A stretch of 63,610 bases of DNA, filler included, from Sphacelaria rigidula (taxonomy: Eukaryota): the NCBI GenBank assembly GCA_964200075.2. It is 7 parts of 7 records of this genome, joined end to end, with 100 filler letters (N's around TTAATTAATTAA, not from the genome) between each part and the next. Parts side by side here need not be neighbours in the genome. Positions count along the whole stretch, not along the records: positions 18,205 to 27,206 come from CAXNAA020009546.1; positions 27,307 to 36,308 come from CAXNAA020009547.1; positions 36,409 to 45,409 come from CAXNAA020009548.1; 4 more parts are not named here. One strand, given 5' to 3'. The notes under the pieces are model-generated. The model made no database searches. It had not been told where the DNA came from and saw only the letters and a program-made list of their open reading frames with translations. Positions 25,721-37,317 of this stretch are shown piece by piece (within the stretch, counting starts at the first letter, position 1; every line of letters starts with the position of its first letter). A program made the position numbers and the translations under genes.

Positions 25721-27002
25721 CGAGCTGGGCCAGCCTGGAAGCGGATTTGTAATCTGCAGGCCCATTCGCCGGCCAATATTTAGAGTTGGACCTTAAAAAT
25801 TGATATGAGCAATGAATACGAGCTCGGCCAGCCTCGAGGCGGATTTGAAGTTTCCAGGCCCATGCTCCCGCCAATGTTTAGAGTTGGACCCTGAACTTTG
25901 GTATGGACAATGAATAGGGCATGAACAACAAAAATTACATCAGCACCATTTTTTTTTTTTTTCCATGAGTTGGAGGCATTTTACTGATACCTGAAAACTG
26001 ATTATTACCCTTGACTCATGAAAAGAAAATGGTGCCGACCTAATTTTTGTCATGCCCCATGCATTGTCCATACCAAATTTCAGGGTTCAACTCTAAATAT
26101 TGGCGGGAGCATGGGCCTTGAAAAAACCGGGTCGGTAGAAATTCGGAACAGTATTTCGAAGGCCACTCACCTGCCCATGTTTGTTTTTCGTGTATTGCAA
26201 TTTTGTGCGGGCGCTCTCGAAGTAATAATAAACAACATTCAGTGGGTCAGGTTTTTTTCAATTTTTTTTCACTGGTTTGAGCGTTCTAGTATGGTGAAGA
26301 CCATTTCTTCACGAGAACGCCCTAACCTCTATGAAGAGAGAATAAAAAATTAAGGCCCAATTTCTTTTATTCGAAACACTTTTGTGGTTCTCTATGCTAA
26401 CTCTCAAATCACATTTCTAAAAATTGAGCGAAAACATTGAGATGAGGCCTAAGAGCAACGTTCATTTCTCCTGAAAATTCCACTAAAAACGTTAAAAAAA
26501 AATGAAGAAAGGTAGCAACCTGTTTCTATTGTGTTTATGATGCACTAGCGGTTTACCACACGAAATTTTATGGAACAACTCTCAAAAACTGAGACGTGAT
26601 ATCCAGATCATGGGCATCTAGTGTCTGCTCGTAATATATTGATTTTAGTATTGAAAGTTATATGCGCCATATTTCGGGATAGATAACGAATTAGGTGAAG
26701 GTGAGGTTATCTATAATCTCCCCTTGCTCCAGAGAATGTCCACACCAAAATTCGTCATCCGCTGAAAGCATCGATCGAGGGTTTCACGGAGATTTTAGTA
26801 TGGACTCCATCTCCGTTAGGTATAGGAATTACTAGAGGTGGGGTTTAATCAACGAGAAAATATGGGCCCAAACTTTCAAGCAGATGGGCACCTTTCCCTT
26901 GGTGAGAAGATTAATACAATATGCGGATCACGGCCCAACTCGTCTTTGTCGATGAAATATTGCTCTTAGGGCTTAAATCCGTTTTTAGGCAGGCCCAGCT
27001 CG
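25721..27002 (+). mobile_element. Non-autonomous TIR DNA transposon (Tc1/mariner-like, TA-flanked) in a CCT3 intron
   Basis: TA|CGAGCTGGGCC ... GGCCCAGCTCG|TA. The 5' ~98 bp is tandemly duplicated and there is an internal palindrome at 25856-26118. No ORF. Related copies start at 37318 and 28971. Confidence 0.8.
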
Positions 27003-27380
27003 TAGAGCATAATGTAAATATTGACGCGTAGACCTTTTTTCTTTCATGATTCAACGGCGTTTTACTGATAGATGTCATATCCCATGTTCTCATGGTTGAT
27101 TATCGGACACTCTGAACTGATTCTGTTCTTGCTGATAGCGGTATGCCGTGTGTAGGCTAGACATTCACTGTTTGCTGTAAATAGATTAAGATGCTAATAT
27201 ACTAGANNNNNNNNNNNNNNNNNNNNNNNNNNNNNNNNNNNNNNNNNNNNTTAATTAATTAANNNNNNNNNNNNNNNNNNNNNNNNNNNNNNNNNNNNNN
27301 NNNNNNAAAGCTCCTGTGTTGACCTTCCTCCTGTGTGACCCCGGCTGCTGCGCCCACATATCCCGACAGGGGTAGACTGC

Positions 27381-27381
<1 letters not shown>

Positions 27382-27434
<53 letters not shown>
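27382..27434. repeat. (CA)n microsatellite
   Basis: Perfect dinucleotide run. Others: (TAG)n at ~45575-45613, (TC)n at ~48205-48230 and (AT)n at ~21717-21742. Confidence 0.95.
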
Positions 27435-27435
<1 letters not shown>

Positions 27436-28970
27436 CTGAACGGACTGCCCCCATAGTTTTGTACACATCGAACCTCAGATCCGCAGATAGGTTCAGAAAT
27501 GCAGTGGTTCTGGAAGTGGTCGTGGATGGTGGGTCCAACAGCTCTGTAGTAGTACAGAGAAAACCCAACATGGCAACACAGCACTATCACATCCAGCCCC
27601 GAAAAAACACGCACAGATGCCCACCACTCACGCGCGTTAGCTCTAGCGTAGCACTTGCTCATCTGCACACGTCAGTCTTCGTCCGACGGAAATCGCTCTG
27701 TATATTGGGGGAATCGCGCACGCGCGCGTTTCAAGTTACAATATAAAAGATGTCGTTTCTGGACGTTTGTTTGCGAGTGCCGGGCGGGCACACATCTCAT
27801 CGTTCCTCATGTCAAAATTCTGAACAAGTTTGAGCACGGTCACGCACCACATGCTCGGCTGGTGAGCACCTACAACTCGAGCTATTTGTTTTCGTTTTGC
27901 GGGGCCACTAAGTTCCTCGGGTTCAGCTGTGATCTAGTTGGGTTTTATGATAAGCTTTTTCATATGTCCGTGTCAACGGGACAAGTGCGTTCCGTTCGAG
28001 GCGTCCAGAAATCCCTCTCAGAGAGAAGTTGAAGTATTTTTTTTATTTTGGGGGGGGGGGTGGTATCGCAGCGACCAATTAACGGACGTTTTTCAAGTAG
28101 GGGGTTTGAAAAGGGAACACTCGGCGTGCGACCGCTGGAGCGCACGGTTCGACTCCGTCCGGTCACAGCGGTCCAGCTGTGAAACAGCACGGAAAGATTC
28201 CTGAAGTTTCTTGATAGTCTAGCAGTAGTACTGTTTATGGGAGCAGTACTCATCAGACGTGAACTATGAACAACACATACTAATTAATACAGTGGAAAAC
28301 GTGACGGATCCATATCCTACAGCTTAACCGTCCGCGGTACAGCTGTATGGCGGTACCGTTCAACACTTGGGTGCTTAGTGCGGCAGAGAACATAGACAGT
28401 GTAGCTGTTTACGATGCAAACTTGACGGCTCGAACCGTTATCAGTAAAGTACAGTAGATAACAGGGTACGCCAGTATTTTTGTAATGTCTGTACTACTGT
28501 TGTACAAGCACAGGCGGTGCATTTCAAAGTACGCAGGGCAACAGTACATTGGTCATTTATTTGTAGGTGGATCTGAAGGCAGGCTCGCATTTCGAGTAGT
28601 AGTGCGATCGGTGTAGTGCTTTTATCTCGTCACACGTGCAGCTATACTCATCTATATTGCCGTTTTTTCTCCACACTGAGCACCACGCGTACGACTGTGC
28701 TCAAGCGTCCGAATACAAAAGGCTTGAGGGTCCGTCGGTGTCTGTACCTTTCTGTTGGTAGTATAAGACCGATAGAAAGTGTTGGGTGGATCCTTGTAAT
28801 AGTTCTTATGTCCCCACTCGTACTCGTACTCGTACAGTAGTTCACGATCATACGTATTTACTCAAGACCCGCGGTCAATGGCAGCTTGTCGACCAAACTA
28901 TGGGAGAAGGCAAGCATATGTACGCTGGCCCACCATCCCCTACGATGGGAAATGATGCTCTATTATGCTA

Positions 28971-29890
28971 CGAGCTGGGCCGGTCTAGACGCAAATTTAA
29001 GCTCTCAAAGCAATATTTCATCGACACAGACGAGTTGGGCCGTGATCTGGGTATCGTATTAATCGTCTGTGATGATGGGGAAGATGCCCTTGTGCTCAGA
29101 AGTCTGGGCCATTTTTTCTCGTTGATTAAATTCTATGTCTAGTAATTCCTATACCATACGGAGAAAGCGTCAATACCAAAGTCAATATGAAACCCCGAAC
29201 GATACATACAGCGGATGATGGCGATTTTTGGTGTGGACATTCCCTGGAGAACGGGGAGACGATCCATACCTCTACTCATAATAATTCGTTTTTTGTTTCG
29301 AGATATGGCGCACATAAGTTTACACACTAAAAAACAATATATTTCGAGTAGAGGCACTTAGTGCACTATATCTGGATATTGCGTCTCAGTTCTTGAGAGT
29401 TGTGCTTTGAAATTTCGTTGGAGAATCGCTACTGCATAATGAAAAAAAATCATCGTTTTCCCTTCCCCCCCCCTTTTTTTTGTTTTTCTAGGCCGTTTCT
29501 TATCGACTGAAAAAAACTGTCTGAAAGCTGCCCTTTTGAACCTTTCATCGCGGATTATTGACGGAATACGGGCCTTGGCGGATTTGGCCTCCTCGGAAAG
29601 ATTTGCTCTATTTTTCACGAGGATTCTAGCACGCTTCTCCGATATTTCGTACTCCCAGTTTTTCTCTTGGCCGGATTCTGGATTTTTTCAGGCCGAGGAG
29701 GCCAAATCCGCCAAGGCCAGTATTCCGTCAATAATCCGTAATGAAAGGTACAAAAGGGCAGTTTTCACATTTTTTTTTTTTTTCAGTCTGTAAGAAGCGG
29801 CTTTAGTGGAGTTTTAAGGGAAAATGGGCAGTGTGCTCTCGGACCTGATCTCAGTTTTTCAGCGTGATTCTAACAGTTGAGATTCGAAAC
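28971..29890 (-). mobile_element. Third, reverse-oriented partial copy of the CGAGCTGGGCC-TIR element
   Basis: TA|CGAGCTGGGCC is followed by the reverse complement of ~26430-27002 (GCAATATTTCATCGACA.AGACGAGTTGGGCCGTGATC; TTTTGGTGTGGACATT). A palindrome at 29492-29801 interrupts it. Confidence 0.72.
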
Positions 29891-32800
29891 TTAATATTCA
29901 TATGAAGGATTGCAAAGGCATGCCGAAGAAGAAAAACATGCTATTTTTTTAGGGGGGGGGGAATGTACGGGCCTTCTCGCGAATATGTGGTCTTCACTAT
30001 ACTAAAGCGTCTTAAGCAAGTGAAAATATATGTATACAAGGTTCCCCTTTGGGAGGTTGATACGGGCCTCTCGGGGGTGACGCAAGTCGAAAATATATGG
30101 TCAAGAGAGGCTGTTGTATCTCAATGTACAGTAGTGGTCGGGTTAGGGTTAGAGTTAGGGTTAGCTTTTCCGCTGTGTGCTTATAGTACGATACCCGCAG
30201 AGGGTTATGGGCTCTCGCCCTACTGATACAGCAGAGTGCTCTGTCGATTAAGCTATGACTGCGCGTTGAGGACAGGACGATGCTCACGACAGCTGGCAGT
30301 GAACATCCCAGTGCTTCGCACGTATTGTACGTTGTTCACATGGAAGACATTTTATTTGATGGATCTGTGGCACACACGCGGCCATTCGGCTACCCCCCGA
30401 AAATACTCTGTTCCGGTCAACTTTTCGAGCCTCCAGAGCAATTAAACGGTTCTAGAGCGTGCGCGGTCCTCCAGAGGGGTGGGATCGAACCCCTTCCGAG
30501 GCTTGTTGTGCCTCTGGAGCGCCGCGCACGCAGCGAAACGTATATTTCTGCTCGATCGTGAGTTAGCGGTGTTCTTCTGATACCTAGATACTACTTGTTG
30601 CTCTTAACTCACGGAAAAAAGCAAAATACTTTGCGTCCCGAACGACAGCGTTTCAGCACGCCCTATTCTTCCTTCCTACCATATTTCGAGGTCTAACTCG
30701 CAAAATTGAGGTGAGACGGGGTCTGCAAACCACAAATTCGCGTCTTGGCTGGCCCAGTCTGTAGCATCGTGGATATTATACACACGCGGCCATTTAGCTA
30801 CCCCCAAAGTTCCTCCGGGTCCGTCGACTTTTCGAGCCTCCAGAGGAATTGAACGCCTGTGGAGGGATCAGCCAGATATTTTTGGTTTCCTCCACAGGGA
30901 TGAAACGTCTGCAGAGGCTTGTTTTTGCCTCTGGAGGGCCGCCATCTCTCCGAAGGCATTTTGCTACCCCCAATTCCTCCGGAGGGGTGCGCAGCCCTCC
31001 AGGTCGGTAGTGTTTGGTTTCCTCCAGTGGGATTGAAGGCCTCCGGAGGCTTGTTTTGCCTCTTGAGGGCCGCGCACCCCTCCGGAGGCATTTTTTTGGG
31101 GGGGGGTAACCAAATGGCCGCGTGTGTATGGTTTTCATGCTGCTCGCCAAAATCCTGCGCCATTGGACACATACGCTGTGCACATGGTGCAGACAGCACC
31201 GTACCGTCTGTATTGAACACAAGTGGTGAAGAGTACCTCCTAACGAATTCTAAGGGTGTGTTAGGTAGGGTATTTCCTACACTTGGGTACCATGAAAGAC
31301 CCTTTCTACGATAGCCCCCCCCAAAACCAGCCCAAAAGTGTCACGAAAAAAAATGGCCATACAGCGCCTGATGTTTGGGTTCAGCCTGCATGAAGCGCCT
31401 CATATTGGCGACATTGGCTAGAACAAACCCAAACGCGGGGATTCCCAGCTGCTCGTTGTGCACGGTTTTTCCCATTTCGATTTACGTAAAGGTTTCACCT
31501 CCCAAAACCGTGCACTTTTGGGGGGGGGCTATCGTAGAAAGTGTTGAAAACTCGAACTCTAGGGCCGTGTCCTACGGTTCGTGTTTTTGGGGGCTCGTAT
31601 TTTGACGCTTGTAAGACATTTGACACGGTTTTTGGCCGCAAAAATGAGAATATTGCCATCACACGTCTTGGACACCTTGCATCACCCAACCGGGAGGGGT
31701 CTAGCCCACAGTTCCGATTCGCACGGCTGCGAGGTTTCGACGACGGCGTCTGGACAAAAATACAGCTGGAAAATAGAACGCGGTATCTGCGGGTCTTTTG
31801 ATATCTCCGGATTGGAAAACACGAGCCCGCAGAAATGCAAACGGTACGAAACGGCCTAAGCACCCTCAACTTGGGTGGAGTAGTGACACCATGCTCAACA
31901 ACACCCAGGTATTGAGTATAGCAATGCGGTTGTACCTAATTCTACCAAAATGTAGGGGAGAATTTGGAAATCGGACCATCGGAACCCAAAGTTCGGGAGA
32001 GCATGTGCCCCGGTGTTTACCCTACCCAACGCACCTTGAATCCCACCGTCTTTTGCGATTGAAAGCGTGCAAATTCGCTCGGACCCAAACTCAGCAAAAT
32101 CAGCAAAATCAATTCCGCCTCTCGAATTGGTTTGAGTAGATTTGATTTTGAAATAAGACACGCCCCGATCAGATTGTTCTTGACTCAAAAAAGTGCGGTG
32201 GAATCGAATTCGCTCGTACCTGATACGTTCACGGCGTTCATGTTCTCATCCACCTGAGAAATGAATAACGTTGACAAATCGGGTAGAGTGAATTCGATTC
32301 GATCGCATGTTTTCGACACCGAAACAAGTTGATACGGCACGACCTGAGAGTGTTTTCCGGGGAGATGAGAATCTGGCACCCCCTCACAACCAATCGGAAA
32401 CAAAAACACAAAATCCGAGAATCGTCATCACTCTCACGTTGCCTTCTTACTATATTTGATCTAGTTCACAGCCTGGACAATACAGTATGTTTTCCATATA
32501 TGTTAGTCGATCATATTGGAATGTTGCGATATATTGCCGGCGTAATATCTATATCGGTACCCTTGGACTGGACACATATTGCGCGCCCAATATGTGTATA
32601 TATATATATATATATTGATATTGTGGGGCTGCGTAAATATTGCTCGCCCAATATACATTGGCACGGTGGGGTTGGGCACATATTATCCCATCAACATATA
32701 TTGGGGAAGTGTGGGCGGCGGCATATTGCACGACTAATATATATCAGGGGTGCATTGGTGAGAACTATTGCAACACCTACTTATTAATTGATTACTTAAT

Positions 32801-35800
32801 TAACTAATGTTTGTTGGGATATGGTTTTTATTGTTTGGTTGGGAGCGGTTGGGGTTGGATGATGTCTTTTTTGGGGGGGTTCTTATTTTCTGGAAGAAGG
32901 GAACACAATTTTCCTTTTGTTGGGAGTGGTTGAGGTTGGGGTTGTTGGTTGGGGTTGAATTATATTTTTTTTGAAAGAAGGAATACAATATGGGAGACAA
33001 AAACGAAAAAAACAGATATGCGAGGGTAGTCGTACGGTATGAAGGACACGCGAGATACCAGTACGACACACGGATGCGGTATATCCGTGCGAGGAAAATG
33101 AAAAACGGAAAGAACAAGAAGAAAAGTAGTAGCACGGAAGTAATAGGTTGCGAGAAATAGCGACATGAGGTCAAATGTGAAGCACTAAGTCGAGGTGAGG
33201 GGACAAGAAAAAAAGAGGAAAATTACCACAGAGAATATGGAGCACGCGAAAGGCAAAACGCGAGCACAACTGCAAATGCGGTCAAGATGAGAAAAGCAGG
33301 GTGCAAGAAGCCTCCCTACATCATAAAAAATTGCGACGAAGGATAGAGGCATCGAAGAGTCACCGAAGGCGCGTCGTCAGGGTCACCGGCCGACAAAACC
33401 CACGTTGATGGCGGTACCACGTCGTTCACCCCGTTGCGCAGGTACCGATACCCCTTGTTCTTGAGCGCCTTCCTCACGGCGAACCCATGTTCCACAAGTA
33501 CACAACAAGTTTTGTCGGGGACCAATATATGGATAGCTGGGGCCGACATATACTAAAAAGCAAAACGCCGTGGTGATCATGTGTAGATGAAGTTGGAACC
33601 GGTGATGGAATGATTGCAGGAGGGAGGGGATGTCCTGGTGGTGGTGACGCCATGAGATGCGAGGTCGCCGCGCAGTGAGTGGTTGACGGGTCCTCCGTTA
33701 ATTGGCAAGGAAATGGCGGAAGTATGGACATTGATGGGATATCGCCGGAAAAAAGGGCATGTCGAGAATGCATGGTGCAGAGCTGAGGCGTCGTGAGATA
33801 TTCAGCGAAAAGGGGGGAGTGTAATGGTGGTTCGTCGACGGAGGGAGGTAGTGGTAATGTGCGGTAAGGTAGGCTATGTGGAGACAAGTTCGATGGGATC
33901 TCTCCGGGAAATTCCGATGGGATATCGGCGGCGAATGAAGGGCAATTAGAGGGCGAATGGTGCAGAGGTACGGTGCGGTAAGATCATGTGCGGAAATTGG
34001 GAATTTTCATCATCGTGGATGGTCGCTGGATGTCTTGTGAGAGGGCCGGGGAATCATCGGGATTTGGACGTTGAATTCTGTGTTGGAGAGGTATGGTCAG
34101 GTAGCGTATCGTAATTTTGTGGAAGTGTAACGGGTAATAAGGTAGCATAATATGTAGAGACTACTACGTTTTGAGGTCTTTGAGATTTGTTGATGGGGTA
34201 TCTGCGGCGAAGTATGGGCGCTTGGAGGGTGCCTGCTGCAGAGGATACGTGCGTCAAGATTATTATTGGCGGAATTCGGGGAGTTTGATCGTGGTTCCTC
34301 GACGGGTTTTATGTGTGCGTTTTATGTGAGATAGCCGAGAAATTATGGGAATTTTTAGGGTGGATGCTGTCATCGTGAGTTATGTTGACGTAATGTACTG
34401 TAGTTTTTCGGAAATGGAAGGTGTGTTTTTGTGGCGTATGTGGAGACCAGTGCGATTGGATATTTGGGGGAAAAGGGTTAGTGGTGTATCACCGGCGAGT
34501 TATGAGCGCATGGAGGGTGCATGCTGAAGAGGTAACATGCGGTAAGATTATAAGCGGAATTCGGCAAGATTTATCGTAGTCGTGGACGGAGTTGATGTGT
34601 AATTGCCGGGGATATATCGGGATCCAGGGGGTGGATGCTATAGTTGTATAAGTGTTGTGCATCCACCCTCTAAATCCCTCTAAATCCCCGGCAATTATAC
34701 ATCACACCCGTCGACGATCACGATGGAACTTGCCGAATTCTGCTTATAACCTTACCGCATGTTACCTCTTCAGCATGCACCTTCCATGCGCCCGTAACTC
34801 GCCGGGGATACACCATCAATATTTCCCCGAAGAACCCAATCGAAACTCGGCGAGTTTCATCGTGATCGTGGGAGCGTTTGATGTGTGATTGCTGGAGATT
34901 TATCGGGATTTAGAGGTTAGATACGAAGTGTCGTTGTACAGAGCCTGTAGCATCGAAGAGTCATTGCAGCTGGGCGTGGGGAAGACGACCTAGCAGTATA
35001 GCACGCATGAGGCGAGGATGAATTGGCGTTGGCGAGGAGAGATTACGGGAGGGAAGAGCGGGTGAGAAGCTAGGAACGCGATACGGTATGTGCTCATAAT
35101 GTCTACCTTCCTGCCTTTGGGCCTCACCTTGGAGAGATCGGTGCATTAGGTCCGTGACCTCTGAAAGTGCATGGTACAGAGTATGCCGTCGCTGAGAGTG
35201 GGCGACGTTTTGACGTACGTCTGAGGAAAACGCCTGTAGGATTTTTGAACACCAAGTGAATTCAAAAATACGTTTTTCAGGATGAGGGGACGACGACAAT
35301 ATTGACCGGTCAATATATTTTGGGTCTGCGTGGGTGCCATTGTATTGGCCGGTCAATATAAATTAGATATTATAAGTATGGTGTACGCTTTGAGAAAAAT
35401 CCAGACTCGATGGATGCCGGAAGCCATGCAGATTGGGAAGAGCTTCGAGGGGAGCCGCAGAAGTTTGGGTGCATTGCTACGAAGAGTTGTCGAATTCGTT
35501 TGATATACATATATACACATATGTACTGGTAAAAAAATGTGGTGAAAGAAGAAAAACGAGGATAAATGAAATGATCACTGATGATGAACGATGGTGAAGT
35601 GTAGGCTTCTGGTTGTTATCCTGCACGGTTTTACAAAATAGCGACCCATCAGTATTTTCAACAGAAGCAAATTCTTCAAAACCCCTGACATGATAACTAG
35701 AAGCCGAGCGAAGTGACAGCTCATATTTCATCTACGCGACAAATCACGCGCCGTTCCAATCCATGTGGGAGCATTAGTAACGAGTAGAATGCAACCAGGC

Positions 35801-36204
35801 GACCCGGTATATGTTCCTTCTGATACCTATCTCGCCACCGGTGCGGGGCCGCCCATCCCCTTCACAACATGCAAGATATCTTGGCTGAACATCACGACGA
35901 TAGAAAACGCGGGTCGATATGCGCCTTCTGGAACCCCTGTGATCACCGGTGCTGTATTGCTTATACCCTGGACAATACAATGCTCCAATGTGATATCAAT
36001 ACTTTGTATTGGAGACAGCGCAAATTTTGTCGTTTCAGTATAATATATCGTGTTGAGATGTCCTCGGAGACATTGAGGCAACAAGTTATATTTCTCGTTT
36101 CATGATCGTGAAGTAATGCAAGACAATGCATATTGAGCATGCGTTTTCTCCAGGAATAAAACATTCGATATATATTGTACATGCCGGCCGTGTATGTATT
36201 GAAT

Positions 36205-36308
36205 TGTGTGTTGTGTGTTGTCGTCCCATTTATTCTGTGCACCAGTCTACACCTTTCGGTATATGTGGGCGCAGCAGCAGGGGTCACACAGGAGGAAGGT
36301 CAACACAG
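36205..36308 (+). repeat. High-copy SINE-like repeat (family B) at contig ends
   Basis: TGTTGTCGTCCCATTTATTCTG..CCAGTCTACACCTTTCGGT..GGGGTCACACAGGAGGAAGGTCAACACAG. It also occurs at 54450-54510(+) and 27307-27380(-). Each copy is preceded by TG-rich sequence and truncated by a contig end. Confidence 0.82.
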
Positions 36309-37317
36309 NNNNNNNNNNNNNNNNNNNNNNNNNNNNNNNNNNNNNNNNNNNNTTAATTAATTAANNNNNNNNNNNNNNNNNNNNNNNNNNNNNNNNNNNN
36401 NNNNNNNNGCCAAGATTGTTCGGCCCGAAGCCTACTAGTTATCTTGCATTTGGATGGCAGCCAACGATGAGTTGCTATATTTTGTGGTATGGCCACTTCC
36501 AGAGACAGCCACGGCTTCAACACTGCCTCATGGGTGTCAAACGGGGGGAGAAGGAACCATCACTGGACCTTGCGGCGTGATCTCAACAAACGAAGCGGTG
36601 AGACAGTAATGCGGCACAAATAGTATTACGCTTGTACCACCCAAGAGCCAGGAACTCCTGGTAGCACGACAGCTTGGTGACGTTTTCGAGTGTGACTTCG
36701 TCAGCCAGGAAAGTTCAACAGAAATCTCGACTCTTGCTCATGCTTCAGTATCCCATCGACCAGCCACCGCTGAACGCTTTTAACGCTCGGTGTCGACACA
36801 AAAAAACAAAGCACACAAAACAACGCTACGGAACGCAGTTTTGCTTCATTTTCAAGATGCGCTGAATCAACAAATATCCGTGCCCAATCTTTTTGTTTCT
36901 TCATTTTAGAATAATTTGTCCGCGATTTTCGTGTCTACGTATAGGTGTGTGCAATGTGCAGTCATTTACTCGCGTCTGTACCAGCGTCCCGACCGTCATT
37001 GCAGTACAATACTTCAGAAAATTTGACTTCAGTATGACATGTGTACACAGATCACATTGGAGTATGACATATGTAGGGTGAAATGACTTACTCAACTGGT
37101 TACCGAACTGATCAGTTAATCAGTTGCACCAGTCAACTGTAATTGGTCAGTTAAACTGAGAGGCCGTTCACAACTTCATCTATATCACTACTGGACAAGG
37201 GCGAGGGAGAACGAGTCTCGTCCCGGCAGTAGAATTTGAGCACTCAGGTAGTTACCTTCAGTGTGAACATAAGTCCGGATCCTTAATGGGGGTGCTGTGC
37301 TTGTAGCCGTGCTCCTA

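Noticed and set aside
26200..26240. GALEVI as the next CCT3 exon (ALEVIPR motif)
   Set aside because: It lies inside the TIR element, the following residues do not match CCT3 and no splice sites fit.
27307..36308. Contig 4 as one 9-kb element with terminal inverted repeats
   Set aside because: The ends are two outward-facing truncated copies of a high-copy repeat that also ends contig 6. They mark assembly breaks, not element termini.
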